From: an uncultured delta proteobacterium | Lineage (GTDB): Bacteria > Myxococcota > Myxococcia > SLRQ01 | Direction: 5' to 3' | Length of the DNA: 64,000 bases | Assembly (NCBI GenBank): GCA_963727485.1 | Contig: CAVSGM010000001.1 | Span: 768,001-832,000 of the forward strand | Shown: positions 22,689 to 35,465 of the stretch, piece after piece | Layout of the letters: each line of letters starts with the position of its first letter | How positions within the stretch are numbered: position 1 is the stretch's first letter | Position numbers and translations under genes: made by a program | Notes under the pieces: generated by a model | The model's database searches: none | Told to the model about the DNA's origin: nothing | The model's input: the letters and a program-made list of their open reading frames with translations, nothing else

Positions 22689-24578
22689 TCAGTCCCGGGG
22701 CCGGTCGAGGCGGTCCTCGGGGCGCTCGGGGAAGGTGGCGGTGAGCCGGTAGACCCCCTCCTCGAGCTGGGAGCGGATCTTGAGGCCGCTCTCGTGGAAC
22801 ACCCCGAGCATCAGCCGGTTGTCGGCGAGCACGTCGGCGGTGAACCCGCGCAGGCCCCGGTCCCGGGCGATCTCCGAGAGCCGGCGCAACAGCAGGCTGC
22901 CGATGCGCTTGTTCTGCCAGTCGTCGCGGACCACGAAGGCGATGTCGGCGAGCCGCGTCGCCGGGTCCACGTCGTAGCGGGCCACGGCGATGATCTCCCG
23001 GTCCTCCTTGCCCTCGGGGGTGACCACCAGCGCCATGTTGCTCTCGAAGTCGAGGTCGACGAGGTGCTGGAGCTCCTCGTGGGGGTGGCGCGCCTTGAAG
23101 CTCATGAACCGCCGGTAGGTGCTCTCGTCGGAGAGGCGGTAGAAGAGGTCCTGGAGCGGCTCCTCGTCGGTGATCCGCGCCGGACGGACCATGATCTTCT
23201 CGCCGCCGGGGAGGGTGGCGGTGCTTGCGCCTCCTCCCAGGGGTAGCTCGCCCGGGGGACGACCTGGTCGGGGAAGACGTAGCGCCGGTGCTTGGCCCGG
23301 GCGAGGAGCTCGGCCCGGTGATCGGGGTGGGCGATCTCGATGAGGGCCATGGCCCGCTGGCGGATGTTCTTCCCCCAGAGGTCGGCGATGCCGTACTCGG
23401 TGACCACGTAGTGGACGTCGCCGCGGCTGGTGACCACCCCGGCGCCCTCCTCGAGGGCCGCCTGGATGCGGCTGACCTCGCCGTCCTTGGCGGTGGAGGG
23501 CAGGGCGACGATGGCCTTGCCCCCGTGGCTCCGCGCGGCGCCGCGGATGAAGTCGACCTGGCCGCCGATGCCCGAGAAGAACCGCCCCATGAGGGTGTCG
23601 GCGGCGACCTGGCCGGTGAGGTCCACGGCGAGCGCCGAGTTGATGGCGACGAAGCAGTCGTGGCGGGCGATGTTGAAGGGGTCGTTGGTGAAGTTCGAGG
23701 GCCGCATCTCCACCGCCGGGTTGTCGTCGACCCAGTCGTAGAGCTTGCGGGTCCCCATGACGAAGGAGGTGACCATCTTCCCCGGCAGGAGCTTCTTCTT
23801 CTTCCCGGTGATGACCCCGGCCTCGTAGAGGTCCATGACCCCGTCGGAGAGCATCTCGGTGTGGACGCCCGAGGTGGTGGCGGTCGGTGAGGGCCTCCAT
23901 CACCGCGTCGGGGATGCCGCCGATGCCCGTCTGCAGCGTGGCGCCGTCGGGGATGAGGCTCGCCACGTGGCCGCCGATGGCCCGGGTCACCTCGTCGAGC
24001 TCGCCGTGCTTGAGCTCCGGCAGCGGGCTGTCCACCGGGACCAGGTGGTCGATGTGGTCCACGTGGAGGAAGGCGTCGCCCAGGGTCCGGGGCATCTGCG
24101 GGTTGACCTCGGCGATGATGAGGTCGGCGGCCTGCACCCCGGCGCGGACCACGTCCACCGAGACCCCGAGGCTCACGTAGCCGTGGCGGTCCGGGGGCGA
24201 GACCTGGATCAGCGCCACGTCGATGCGCATCCGCCGGCTGCGGATGAGCTCGGGGATCTCCGAGAGGAAGACGGGCATGAAGTCGGCCCGGCCCTCCTGC
24301 ACCGCCTCCCGGACGTTGGCGCCGATGAAGAACGCGGTGTGCCGGAAGCGCCGCTCCAGCCCCGGGGCCACGTAGGGCGCCGGCCCCAGGGTGAGGAGGT
24401 GGACGATCTCGTTGTCGGAGAGGTGGCCCCCGAAGGTGACCAGGCCCTCCACCAGGCTCCCGGGCACCGCGGCCCCGGAGCCGATGAGGATCCGCCGCCC
24501 CCGGGGCACGGCCTTGATGGCCTGCTCCACCGAGCAGATCTTCGAGGCAAAGGCTTGCTGCCAGGCGGCGTCGGCCAT
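22689..24578 (-). CDS. Acetyl-CoA hydrolase/4-hydroxybutyrate CoA-transferase fused to C-terminal GNAT (two frameshifts)
   Basis: DGATLQTGIGGIPDAV, SGIGGQVDFIRGA, VVTEYGIADL; GNAT AFVVRDDWQNKRIGSLL. Confidence 0.88.
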   Translation of the reverse strand: MADAAWQQAFASKICSVEQAIKAVPRGRRILIGSGAAVPGSLVEGLVTFGGHLSDNEIVHLLTLGPAPYVAPGLERRFRHTAFFIGANVREAVQEGRADFMPVFLSEIPELIRSRRMRIDVALIQVSPPDRHGYVSLGVSVDVVRAGVQAADLIIAEVNPQMPRTLGDAFLHVDHIDHLVPVDSPLPELKHGELDEVTRAIGGHVASLIPDGATLQTGIGGIPDAVMEALTDRHHLGRPHRDALRRGHGPLRGRGHHREEEEAPAGEDGHLLRHGDPQALRLGRRQPGGGDAALELHQRPLQHRPPRLLRRHQLGARRGPHRPGRRRHPHGAVLLGHRRPGRLHPRRRAEPRGQGHRRPALHRQGRRGQPHPGGPRGGRRGGHQPRRRPLRGHRVRHRRPLGEEHPPAGHGPHRDRPPRSPGRAPRPGQAPALRLPRPGRPPGELPLGGGASTATLPGGEKIMVRPARITDEEPLQDLFYRLSDESTYRRFMSFKARHPHEELQHLVDLDFESNMALVVTPEGKEDREIIAVARYDVDPATRLADIAFVVRDDWQNKRIGSLLLRRLSEIARDRGLRGFTADVLADNRLMLGVFHESGLKIRSQLEEGVYRLTATFPERPEDRLDRPRD

Positions 24579-24585
24579 GTCGCTC

Positions 24586-26250
24586 CTAGGGGTTCCGGGT
24601 GAGGGTCTCGAGACGCTCGAGGTAGGCGGCGTCCCGGTCGGCGGGGGGCCCCAGGCGCCGGTCGAGGAAGTGGTCGAGGGTGGCCGCGTCGGTGCCGTCC
24701 GCGTGCATCGCCGCCGCCCAGGTGATCCAGGCCATCCGGTCGCCGATGGGCCGCATGCGCAAGGTAGCCACTGCCTCGTCGGCGGCCAGCACCTCCTCCA
24801 GCTCCTTCATCGTCTCCTCCACCGCCGACCTGAGCCGCTTGTGGTCCTTCACCATCGACTCGAGGTGGCTGAAGAAGCCCTCGTGGACCCGGAGGCGCTT
24901 GCAGTCCCGGAGGACCTGCACCAGCAGCACGTTGTGGGTGCCCTCCCAGTTCTCGAAGACCACGTTGTCGCGCAGGAGGCGCGGGAGCACCGAGAAGGTC
25001 TCGATGGCGCCGTTGCCCCCGAGGATCTCGATGGCCGAGAGCACCACCTCGTGGGAGCTCTGGGCCGAGCGGGTCTTGTTGAGGTTGAGGGCCACCCGGA
25101 AGAAGGCGCGCTCGGTGTCGGTGGCCTCGCCGGCCTCCATCCGGTCCATGAGCTGCACCAGGTAGAAGGTGCCCGAGAGGGTGCCCAGGGTCTCGGCGCG
25201 CATGTCCGCCAGGGTCTCCTTGACCATCGGGTACTGGAGGATGCTGCCGCCGAAGGCCTGGCGGTGGCGGGCGTAGCTGTGGGCCACGTAGGAGGCGCGC
25301 CGGGCGATGGCGGTGGTCCCCACGGCGTTGAAGATCCGCGAGGTGTTGATGACGTAGGTCATCATGTTCTTGAACCCGTCGGCGACCGGCCCGAGGTTCC
25401 AGGCGAGCGCCCCCTCGAAGTCGATCTCGCCGGAGGCCATGGTCCGGGTCCCCAGCTTCTCCTTGAGCCGGCGGATCTTGTAGCTGTTGTAGGCGCCGTC
25501 GGGGAGGTGCCGGGGCACCAGGAACAGCGCCAGGCCCCGGGTCCCCTCGCCGCTCCCCTCGGGGCGGGCGGTCATGAGGATGAGGTCGGCGGTGGCGTTG
25601 GAGCAGAACCACTTCTCGCCGGTGATCCGCCAGGTCCCGGGCACGCCCTTGACCGGCTCGGCGCGCACCGCGTTGGCGCCGACGTCGGAGCCGCCCTGGA
25701 CCTCGGTGAGGAACTGGGCCCCGTGGGCCAGGTGGTCGTAGTCGGTGGACAAGAGCCGCCCGAGGAAGCGCTCCTTCATGTCGGGGGTGGCCAGCGCCAG
25801 CATCGACTTGATGATCCCCGCGGTGCAGGCGATGGGGCAGTTGTGCCCCGCCTCGCCGTTGAGGGACGAGAGGAAGCCGAAGGCCTGGGACTCGAGGTTG
25901 TGGGCGGGCCGGCCCAGCCGCGCCAGCACCCCCGACCCGTAGATGTAGCGCCCGGCCTCGTGGTAGGCGGGGTGGAACTCCACGGCCTCCTGCCGGCTCC
26001 CGTAGGGGCCCCAGCGGTCGAGGCGCGGGAGGTTGTGGGGCAGGTCGTTGACCCGGATCGCCGCGTCCACCGGGCCCGCGGCCTCGGCCCCGAAGCGCTC
26101 GAGGTCGGGGGTGAGCTCGGCGAGGCGCTCGGCGCCCATCCAGCGGCCCACCACCCGCCGGAGCTCGGCGTCGAAGGTCCAGTAGTTTGCCGGCTGGTCC
26201 TCGCCGAAGGCGATGAGGTCGGCGCGTCCTTGATTGTTGTCGTAGCTCAC
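24586..26250 (-). CDS. Acyl-CoA dehydrogenase (AidB-like)
   Basis: GAQFLTEVQGGSDVG, GEKWFCS, RLKEKLGTRTMASGEI, NWEGTHNV. Confidence 0.9.
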   Translation of the reverse strand: MSYDNNQGRADLIAFGEDQPANYWTFDAELRRVVGRWMGAERLAELTPDLERFGAEAAGPVDAAIRVNDLPHNLPRLDRWGPYGSRQEAVEFHPAYHEAGRYIYGSGVLARLGRPAHNLESQAFGFLSSLNGEAGHNCPIACTAGIIKSMLALATPDMKERFLGRLLSTDYDHLAHGAQFLTEVQGGSDVGANAVRAEPVKGVPGTWRITGEKWFCSNATADLILMTARPEGSGEGTRGLALFLVPRHLPDGAYNSYKIRRLKEKLGTRTMASGEIDFEGALAWNLGPVADGFKNMMTYVINTSRIFNAVGTTAIARRASYVAHSYARHRQAFGGSILQYPMVKETLADMRAETLGTLSGTFYLVQLMDRMEAGEATDTERAFFRVALNLNKTRSAQSSHEVVLSAIEILGGNGAIETFSVLPRLLRDNVVFENWEGTHNVLLVQVLRDCKRLRVHEGFFSHLESMVKDHKRLRSAVEETMKELEEVLAADEAVATLRMRPIGDRMAWITWAAAMHADGTDAATLDHFLDRRLGPPADRDAAYLERLETLTRNP

Positions 26251-27950
26251 TTGAGCATCCCCTGGTGGGCCTCGGCGAGGGCGTCGAGGGCGGTTCGGGC
26301 CCGGGCGGCGGCGTCGGCGAAGGGCTCGCCCTCGGCCACCGGCTCGCGGACCTCATAGTACGACTTCAGCTTGGGCTCGGTCCCCGAGGGCCGCAGGATC
26401 ACCCGGCGGTCGCCCTCGAGGCGGTAGATGAGGACGTCGGAGGGGGGCAGCCCCATCGCGCCCTCGGCGAGGTCCTGGTAGTCGACCACCGCGTAGCCGC
26501 CGATGGCCCGGGGCGGGTCGGCGCGGAAGCGGGCGAGGAGGGCCTTCATGGTCTCGAGGCCCTCGGCGCCGGGGAGGACCCGGCTGCGCTGCTCGGTGAG
26601 GTAGAAGCCGAAGCGCCGGTAGACGTCCTCCAGGAGCCCGGACACGGTGCGATCCTGGCGCTTCAGCCAGGCGGCGAGCTCGGCGAAGAGGGTGACGGCG
26701 CTGATGCCGTCCTTGTCCCGGACCAGCTCGCCCACGCAGTAGCCCAGCGCCTCCTCGTAGCCGAACACGAAGCGGCTCCCGTGGTCGCGGGAGTGGTCCA
26801 TGGCGGCGTTGGCGATCCACTTGAAGCCGGTGAGGGTCGTCAGGCAGGTGACCCCCAGGGCCTCGGCCATCCGCCCCAAGAGCTGGCTCGACACCAGGCT
26901 CGAGGCCACGGTGCGGGTGCCCTCGCCGGCGCCCTCGGTGACGAGGTAGTAGGCCAGCAGCGTCCCCACCTGGTCGCCGGTGAGCAGCTTCCACCCGCCC
27001 GGGCCCGGGAGCGCCACCGCCAGGCGGTCGGCGTCGGGGTCGTTGGCGCAGGCGAGGTCGGCGCCCACCTCCTCGGCGAGCGCCAGGACCAGATCCATGG
27101 CGCCCTCCTCCTCGGGGTTGGGGAAGCGCACGGTGGGGAAGGCGGCGTCGGGCTCGCGCTGGGCGGCGACGGTGTGGACCTGGGTGTACCCCGCGCGCTT
27201 CAGGGCCGCCTCGGCGAGCTCGGCGCCGACCCCGTGCATCGGGGTGTAGGCGACCGTGAGGTCGGTGCCGTCCGCGGCCTCGGGGTGGACCCGGAGCGCC
27301 ATCACCCCGTCGAGGTAGCGCTGCTTCATCTCCTCGCCGAGGTCGATGAGGCGCCCGTCGGCCCGGGCGGCCTCGAGGTCGCCGAGGGGGATGTCGGCCA
27401 CCGCCTCGATGGCCGCGGCGATGCCGGTGTCCTGGGGCGGGATGATCTGGGCGCCGTTGGGGGCGTAGACCTTGTAGCCGTTGTACTCGGGGGGGTTGTG
27501 GCTGGCGGTGACCATCACCCCGCAGGCGGCGCCGAGATCCCGGGTGGCGAAGGCGGTGAGGGGGGTGGGGACGGTGCCGGTGGCGAGGTGCACCTGGTAG
27601 CCGAGGCCCAGGAACACCCGGGCGGTGTCCTCGGCGAACACCCGGCTCCCGGTGCGGCCGTCGTAGCCGATGACCACCCCGCGGGCCCGGGCGTCGTCGA
27701 GCGAGGCGGCGTAGTAGGCGCCGACCCCGGCGCTCACCTGCCGGACCATCAGGCGGTTCATCCTCTGGGGGCCGGCCCCCAGGGTGCCGCGGATCCCCGC
27801 GGTGCCAAACGCCAGCCGCCCCTCGAACCGGGCGCGGAGGACGGCCTCGTCGCCGGCCTCGAGGAGGGCCTCGGCCTCGGCGCGGGTCTCGGGATTGGGG
27901 TCGGCGTCACGCCAGGCGCGGACGCGGTCGAAGAGCTCGTCGCGGGTCAT
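26247..27950 (-). CDS. Phosphoglucomutase/phosphomannomutase
   Basis: FGTAGIRG, TASHNP, DPDADR, GYEEALG, RPSGTEPKLK. Confidence 0.95.
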   Translation of the reverse strand: MTRDELFDRVRAWRDADPNPETRAEAEALLEAGDEAVLRARFEGRLAFGTAGIRGTLGAGPQRMNRLMVRQVSAGVGAYYAASLDDARARGVVIGYDGRTGSRVFAEDTARVFLGLGYQVHLATGTVPTPLTAFATRDLGAACGVMVTASHNPPEYNGYKVYAPNGAQIIPPQDTGIAAAIEAVADIPLGDLEAARADGRLIDLGEEMKQRYLDGVMALRVHPEAADGTDLTVAYTPMHGVGAELAEAALKRAGYTQVHTVAAQREPDAAFPTVRFPNPEEEGAMDLVLALAEEVGADLACANDPDADRLAVALPGPGGWKLLTGDQVGTLLAYYLVTEGAGEGTRTVASSLVSSQLLGRMAEALGVTCLTTLTGFKWIANAAMDHSRDHGSRFVFGYEEALGYCVGELVRDKDGISAVTLFAELAAWLKRQDRTVSGLLEDVYRRFGFYLTEQRSRVLPGAEGLETMKALLARFRADPPRAIGGYAVVDYQDLAEGAMGLPPSDVLIYRLEGDRRVILRPSGTEPKLKSYYEVREPVAEGEPFADAAARARTALDALAEAHQGMLK

Positions 27951-27996
27951 GCGGGGGACCATAGCCAGAGGTCCGGGCGGTGGCTAGACTTGGGCC

Positions 27997-28239
27997 ATGG
28001 GAACCATCATCACCCCGTCCGAGACCATGAAGCGTGCGGTGCGGTGGATCTCCGAGCAGCGCCGGGGGCGCCCGGGGGCCAGGCTCTTCGACCTGGTGTC
28101 CGAGGCCGGGACCCGCTTCGATCTCTCCCCCAGCGAGGAGGAGGGGCTCTTCGCCTTCCTCAAGGCCGGCGACGTGCCCAAGCCGTCCGAGGCGGCGCCA
28201 CCGTCCGCCCCCACGCTCAAGGACCAGCCCAAGCGCTGA
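27997..28239 (+). CDS. Small conserved hypothetical protein
   Basis: KRAVRWISE..LVSEAGTRFDLSP pattern; good codon usage. Confidence 0.65.
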   Translation: MGTIITPSETMKRAVRWISEQRRGRPGARLFDLVSEAGTRFDLSPSEEEGLFAFLKAGDVPKPSEAAPPSAPTLKDQPKR

Positions 28240-28292
28240 CCCACCACGCCGGCATGGCCCTGGCGACGCCGGTGGTCTAGGATGCCGCCACC

Positions 28293-28706
28293 ATGGCCCA
28301 CTGGCTGGTGAAACAGGAGCCGACCGCCTACGCCTTCGCGCAGCTGGTCGCGGACAAGAAGACCTGCTGGGACGGGGTCCGCAACTACCAGGCGCGCAAC
28401 AACCTGGCGTCCATGCACAAGGGCGACCGGGTCCTCTACTACCACTCGGTCAACGAGAAGCAGGTGGTGGGGGTCGCCCAGGTGGTGAAGGAGGCCTACC
28501 CCGATCCCACCACCGAGGACGACCGGTGGGTGGCCGTGGATCTCAAGGCGGTCAAGGCCCTGAAGACCCCGGTGACCCTCGACGACATCAAGGGCGATCC
28601 GAAGCTCGAGGACATCGCCCTGGTGCGCCAGAGCCGGCTGTCGGTGATGCCGCTGACCGAGGCCGAGTACCTGCGGATCCTCGAGCTCGGGGGCACCCGG
28701 GCCTAG
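28293..28706 (+). CDS. EVE domain protein
   Basis: HWLVKQEP, WDGVRNYQARN, YYHS, RLSVMP. Confidence 0.92.
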   Translation: MAHWLVKQEPTAYAFAQLVADKKTCWDGVRNYQARNNLASMHKGDRVLYYHSVNEKQVVGVAQVVKEAYPDPTTEDDRWVAVDLKAVKALKTPVTLDDIKGDPKLEDIALVRQSRLSVMPLTEAEYLRILELGGTRA

Positions 28707-28719
28707 CCCGCGGTCCCGG

Positions 28720-29655
<936 letters not shown>

Positions 29656-29708
29656 GCCGCCAACCATAGGGCCCGCCCTCGCGCGCGAGAGGTCCCCACC
29701 CCCCGGCA

Positions 29709-29789
29709 TGACCGAAGCATGACCACCCCGGACAGGGCGGCTGACCGAACCGTGACCGCGTCCCCGGTTGACCCTGACCGAACCGTGAC
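29709..29789. promoter_or_regulatory. Three 15-bp direct repeats at exact 33-bp period upstream of the desaturase
   Basis: TGACCGAAGCATGAC (29709), TGACCGAACCGTGAC (29742 and 29775). Confidence 0.75.
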
Positions 29790-29827
29790 AATCGCCCCGG
29801 CGACGGCCAGCGCGGGGTCCCGCCGGC

Positions 29828-31249
29828 CTACTCCACGGTGATCCCGTTGGTGACCACCCAGGGGAAGGCGTGGAGGTAGGGATCCGGGTCCGGGCCCATC
29901 CACTTCTCGAGGTGGGTGGGCGTGAGGTCCACCTCCTCGTAGTACATCCCCGGGCCCGGGACCTTCACCGTGAGGTCGCCGTGGCCTTTGGCCAGGGTCG
30001 TGGCCACCGGGGCGTCGGCGGTCCCGGTCACCCGGTAGACGGTCACCGTGACCTTGGGCGCCGGCCCGCCCTGGGCGAAGCCCCCGAGGCAGGTGGGCCG
30101 GGCCGCGTGGAGGGTGAGGCCGGTGGCGCCCTGGACCACGTCGCCGATGCCGAAGGTGTCGCCACCCCGGGTCAGGGAGAGGTCGACGCCGCTCGGGGTC
30201 CCGAAGACCTCGAAGGCGAGGTAGGCGCGCCGGGCCCGGAGCGCCCGGTCGAGGGTCACCGGCGAGAGGGCCCCGCGGATCCAGAGGTGGTTGGAGAACC
30301 ACCGCATCAGGCGCCGGTAGCTGTCCCCCCGCTCTCCGTCGGCGAGGACCTGGGGGATGATGTTCTCGTGGGCGTCGGTGGCGGCGTAGCCCAGGGTGGG
30401 GCGGTCCATCGACACCGCGTACCAGCGGTCGACCTCGGCGTCGAAGAGGCGGAAGAAGCCGAGGAAGGCGAGGTCGGGGATGCCGGCCTTCTTGGGGGTG
30501 AGCACGAAGGGCGCCAGGGCGGTGAGGGCCCCGGTGCTGCTCACGCCCAGGTAGTCCTTGCGGATGTTCGGATCGACGTTGGCGTGGAGGTTGTAGATCT
30601 CGGTGGCGTCGAGCTTCAGGGCCCGGATGCTCTCCACCGAGTGCTCCTCGGGGTGGCTCTGGGCCACCAGGCCACCGGCGACGCGGATCCGGGAGGCCAG
30701 GTAGGGGTCGTGGCCGTCGTAGACGCCGGTGTTCGCCGAGGGGGCGGCGGCAAGGGGGTGGTGGAGGGCGAAGCCGATGAGCGCGCCCTCGAAGCCCGCC
30801 TCCACCAGGATCCGGTGCCCGGAAGGACAAATCCACCAGGCGGCGTGGTCGCCGGCGGGGACGTCGTGGCCACGCATGAGCAACAGGCTCCCGAAGGGCT
30901 GGCTGGCCATCCACGACGGGTGGTCGGTGAGGAGCAGGAAGTCCTGCTTCGTCTCGCAGGCCCCGTCCCGGAGATCCTGGAGGCAGGCCTCGTCGATCTT
31001 GCCGTCGCCGAGGTAGCCCTTCTTGTCGCAGGCGTCGTGGGAGTAGGGGCTGTGCAGGTGCATGATGCCCCGGACCTCGTGCCGGCCCCGCAGGGTCGGG
31101 AGCGCGTCGGTGGACGGGAGGCCCGGGTTCCAGGTCGTGGGCCCCGAGGGCGTGGCGCCATCGCTGCCGCCGTCGACCGGGCCGGTGGCGGCGCGGGTGC
31201 AGCCGGTGACGGCGACGAGGAAGAGGGCGGCGAGGCAGGAAGGGCGCAT
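29828..31249 (-). CDS. Lipoprotein with PHP-like metallohydrolase domain
   Basis: Lipobox [32 protein letters not shown]. Confidence 0.75.
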   Translation of the reverse strand: MRPSCLAALFLVAVTGCTRAATGPVDGGSDGATPSGPTTWNPGLPSTDALPTLRGRHEVRGIMHLHSPYSHDACDKKGYLGDGKIDEACLQDLRDGACETKQDFLLLTDHPSWMASQPFGSLLLMRGHDVPAGDHAAWWICPSGHRILVEAGFEGALIGFALHHPLAAAPSANTGVYDGHDPYLASRIRVAGGLVAQSHPEEHSVESIRALKLDATEIYNLHANVDPNIRKDYLGVSSTGALTALAPFVLTPKKAGIPDLAFLGFFRLFDAEVDRWYAVSMDRPTLGYAATDAHENIIPQVLADGERGDSYRRLMRWFSNHLWIRGALSPVTLDRALRARRAYLAFEVFGTPSGVDLSLTRGGDTFGIGDVVQGATGLTLHAARPTCLGGFAQGGPAPKVTVTVYRVTGTADAPVATTLAKGHGDLTVKVPGPGMYYEEVDLTPTHLEKWMGPDPDPYLHAFPWVVTNGITVE

Positions 31250-31290
31250 GGCCCTGGAACATAGCAGGACCCTGGCCTACCTTGCCGCAC

Positions 31291-33483
<2,193 letters not shown>

Positions 33484-34104
33484 GCCGGTCGACGAGGGGC
33501 GCCGCCCGGGCCTCGAGGCGCTTGAGCGCTCCCTGCTCGATCTGGCGCACCCGCTCCCGCGTCACCCCGAGGAGCTCGCCGATGTGGTCCAGGGTCACGC
33601 TCCCGGCCTCGGCGAGATCGAGGGCGCAGGTCTCCTCGAGCTCCCACACCTCCCGGTCGGGGAAGTTGAGGCGCACCGAGCCGCTGCGGGGATCCACGTC
33701 GAGGTAGAGGTGGTAGCGGCAGGAGACGAAGAGGCAGGGGCGGGGGCCGGTCCGGCAGTCGGCGCGGGTGAGGGGGCGGCCGGGGCCCGGGGCGGGCTCG
33801 AGGGCGCCGGCGGCGCGGAGGCGGCGGAGCTCCCTGGCCATCTCCCGGCGCGAGAGGGTGCGGGTGGGGCGGCGAGGGAGGCGGGGCGGGCGCTCGGGGG
33901 CGGGGGCGGGCTCTTGCTTGGGCACCCCACCGGGGAGTGCAGCGCCCGTGCCCTGGTCCAAGCCATGGGAATCACGTGGAGATCCGTGGGCAGACGGACA
34001 CGGGGCGTCGACCTGGAGCCACGGGGCGACCCCGGTCGCCCCTGCGCCTCGGAAGTCGACGGTCGAATTCTGGACGGCGCCGGGGCCCGCGGTAGCGTGG
34101 ATCC

Positions 34105-34443
34105 ATGCGCAGCCCCAGACCCTTCAAGCGCCACCGCCGTCGCCTCCCCGTCCGCTTCGCCTCGAAGGGCACCGGGTGGCGCGCCGCCATCACCGGTGAC
34201 GTGAGCGCCGGCGGCCTCTTCGTGGTCTCCGCCGGAGCCAGCCGGCCCGCGGGGGTCGTCGATCTCGAGGTCCACCTCCCGGGCCGCTCGCCCCTGCGCC
34301 TCGCCGGCGAGGTGGTGTGGCAGCGCCGGGTCCCGCCGCACCTCCAGCGCCTCTCGCCCGGGGGCTTCGGCCTGCGCCTGAAGAGCGCCCCCGAGGACTG
34401 GTTCCAGTACTGCCTGGGGCTCGAGGCCGCGGCGTCGGGCTGA
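34105..34443 (+). CDS. Stand-alone PilZ domain protein
   Basis: KRHRRRLPV, DVSAGGLFV, GEVVW, GFGLRL. Confidence 0.82.
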   Translation: MRSPRPFKRHRRRLPVRFASKGTGWRAAITGDVSAGGLFVVSAGASRPAGVVDLEVHLPGRSPLRLAGEVVWQRRVPPHLQRLSPGGFGLRLKSAPEDWFQYCLGLEAAASG

Positions 34444-34519
34444 CCGCGGGACGCCCGCCGGAGTGCCCGTGCTATCCTGACCTCGCCGGGGGGCGCGGCA
34501 CCCGCGACCCGGCTCGACC

Positions 34520-34993
34520 ATGCCCCGGTTCACCCTGCCCGCCGACGAGCTGAACCACTTCGACCTACCGGCGGTGTGCCTGGTCACCGGTTCGGAGCGG
34601 GAGGTGAGCTTCCACACGGTCCACTTCCCCGGGAGCCTCACCAGCCAGCCGGTGCACGGAGAGCTCCCCTTCACCGAGGCCGGTTGGCGCCGCCACCGCC
34701 TCGCCGGTGGCGCCTGGTTCGCCTTGCGCGCGGTGCTGGGCCTGGGCACCCTGGCCGCGATCGTCACCCTCGCCGCGGGTGAGTCGGTCCCGGGCGTGAG
34801 CGTCCTCCTGGGGACGCTCCTGGTGGTGGCGGGGCTCTGGCTCCTGGGCGTGCGCGATCGGCGGGTGGTGTGCCGGCGGCTCACCCCGTCCCTGGTGCGG
34901 CTCGAGGTCCCCGACGCCGGCGCCGCCGAGGTGGTGGATCGCTACCGCCACGCGGGCACCCCCATCCCCATCCCCGCGGTGCCGGCGCCGTGA
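34520..34993 (+). CDS. Hypothetical two-TM membrane protein
   Basis: LPAVCLVTG motif; two TM helices; overlaps next gene (GTGA). Confidence 0.6.
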   Translation: MPRFTLPADELNHFDLPAVCLVTGSEREVSFHTVHFPGSLTSQPVHGELPFTEAGWRRHRLAGGAWFALRAVLGLGTLAAIVTLAAGESVPGVSVLLGTLLVVAGLWLLGVRDRRVVCRRLTPSLVRLEVPDAGAAEVVDRYRHAGTPIPIPAVPAP

Positions 34994-35445
34994 CCGCTCC
35001 CGCCGGGGCCATCCCCGAGGTCGACCTCCCACCCCCCGGGGCGAAGTGCGGGTGGCACGAGGACCGGCCCTCGACCTGGGTCTGCCCCCGGTGCGGGGCG
35101 TTCGCCTGCCGCGCCTGCGCCCGCCGGGTCCGGGCCGACGCCCTCCCCATGTGCCCCGGGTGCTGGCAGCGGCGCGCCGAGCTGGTGGCGTCGTTTGCCG
35201 CCACCGGCGGGACCGGCCTCCAGACCGCGGCCCTGATCCTCGGAGTGGCGTCCCTCCTGCCCTTCTGGCCGGTGCAGCTCATCTCCCTGGGCATCGGGGT
35301 CGCCGCGGTGATCCAGGCTCGGACCCCGGCGCGGGCCCACGCGCGCACCCGGGCCTGGGCCGGGCTCGGCCTCACGCTGGTGGGGATCGCCCTGGAGGTG
35401 GTCCTCTTCGTCTGGATCTTCGCCGAGGCCGCCAAGCACCACTAG
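34990..35445 (+). CDS. B-box-like Zn finger plus DUF4190-like membrane protein
   Basis: CxxH..CxxC..CxxC..CxxC followed by two to three TM segments. Confidence 0.65.
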   Translation: MTAPAGAIPEVDLPPPGAKCGWHEDRPSTWVCPRCGAFACRACARRVRADALPMCPGCWQRRAELVASFAATGGTGLQTAALILGVASLLPFWPVQLISLGIGVAAVIQARTPARAHARTRAWAGLGLTLVGIALEVVLFVWIFAEAAKHH

Positions 35446-35465
35446 CGCGGGCGCGCCGTGCGGGA

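Noticed and set aside
24391..28280. Long antisense and alternate-frame ORFs here and throughout the window (e.g. 8543-11305, 43190-45835, 51261-53867)
   Set aside because: Shadow ORFs expected at very high GC; they mirror well-supported genes and have no motifs of their own.
28293..28706. EVE domain as part of a modification-dependent restriction system
   Set aside because: Stand-alone EVE with no adjacent nuclease or toxin.
29709..29789. Regularly spaced repeats as a mini CRISPR array
   Set aside because: Repeats of 15 bp and spacers of 18 bp are too short, there are only three units and no cas genes; promoter position fits an operator.
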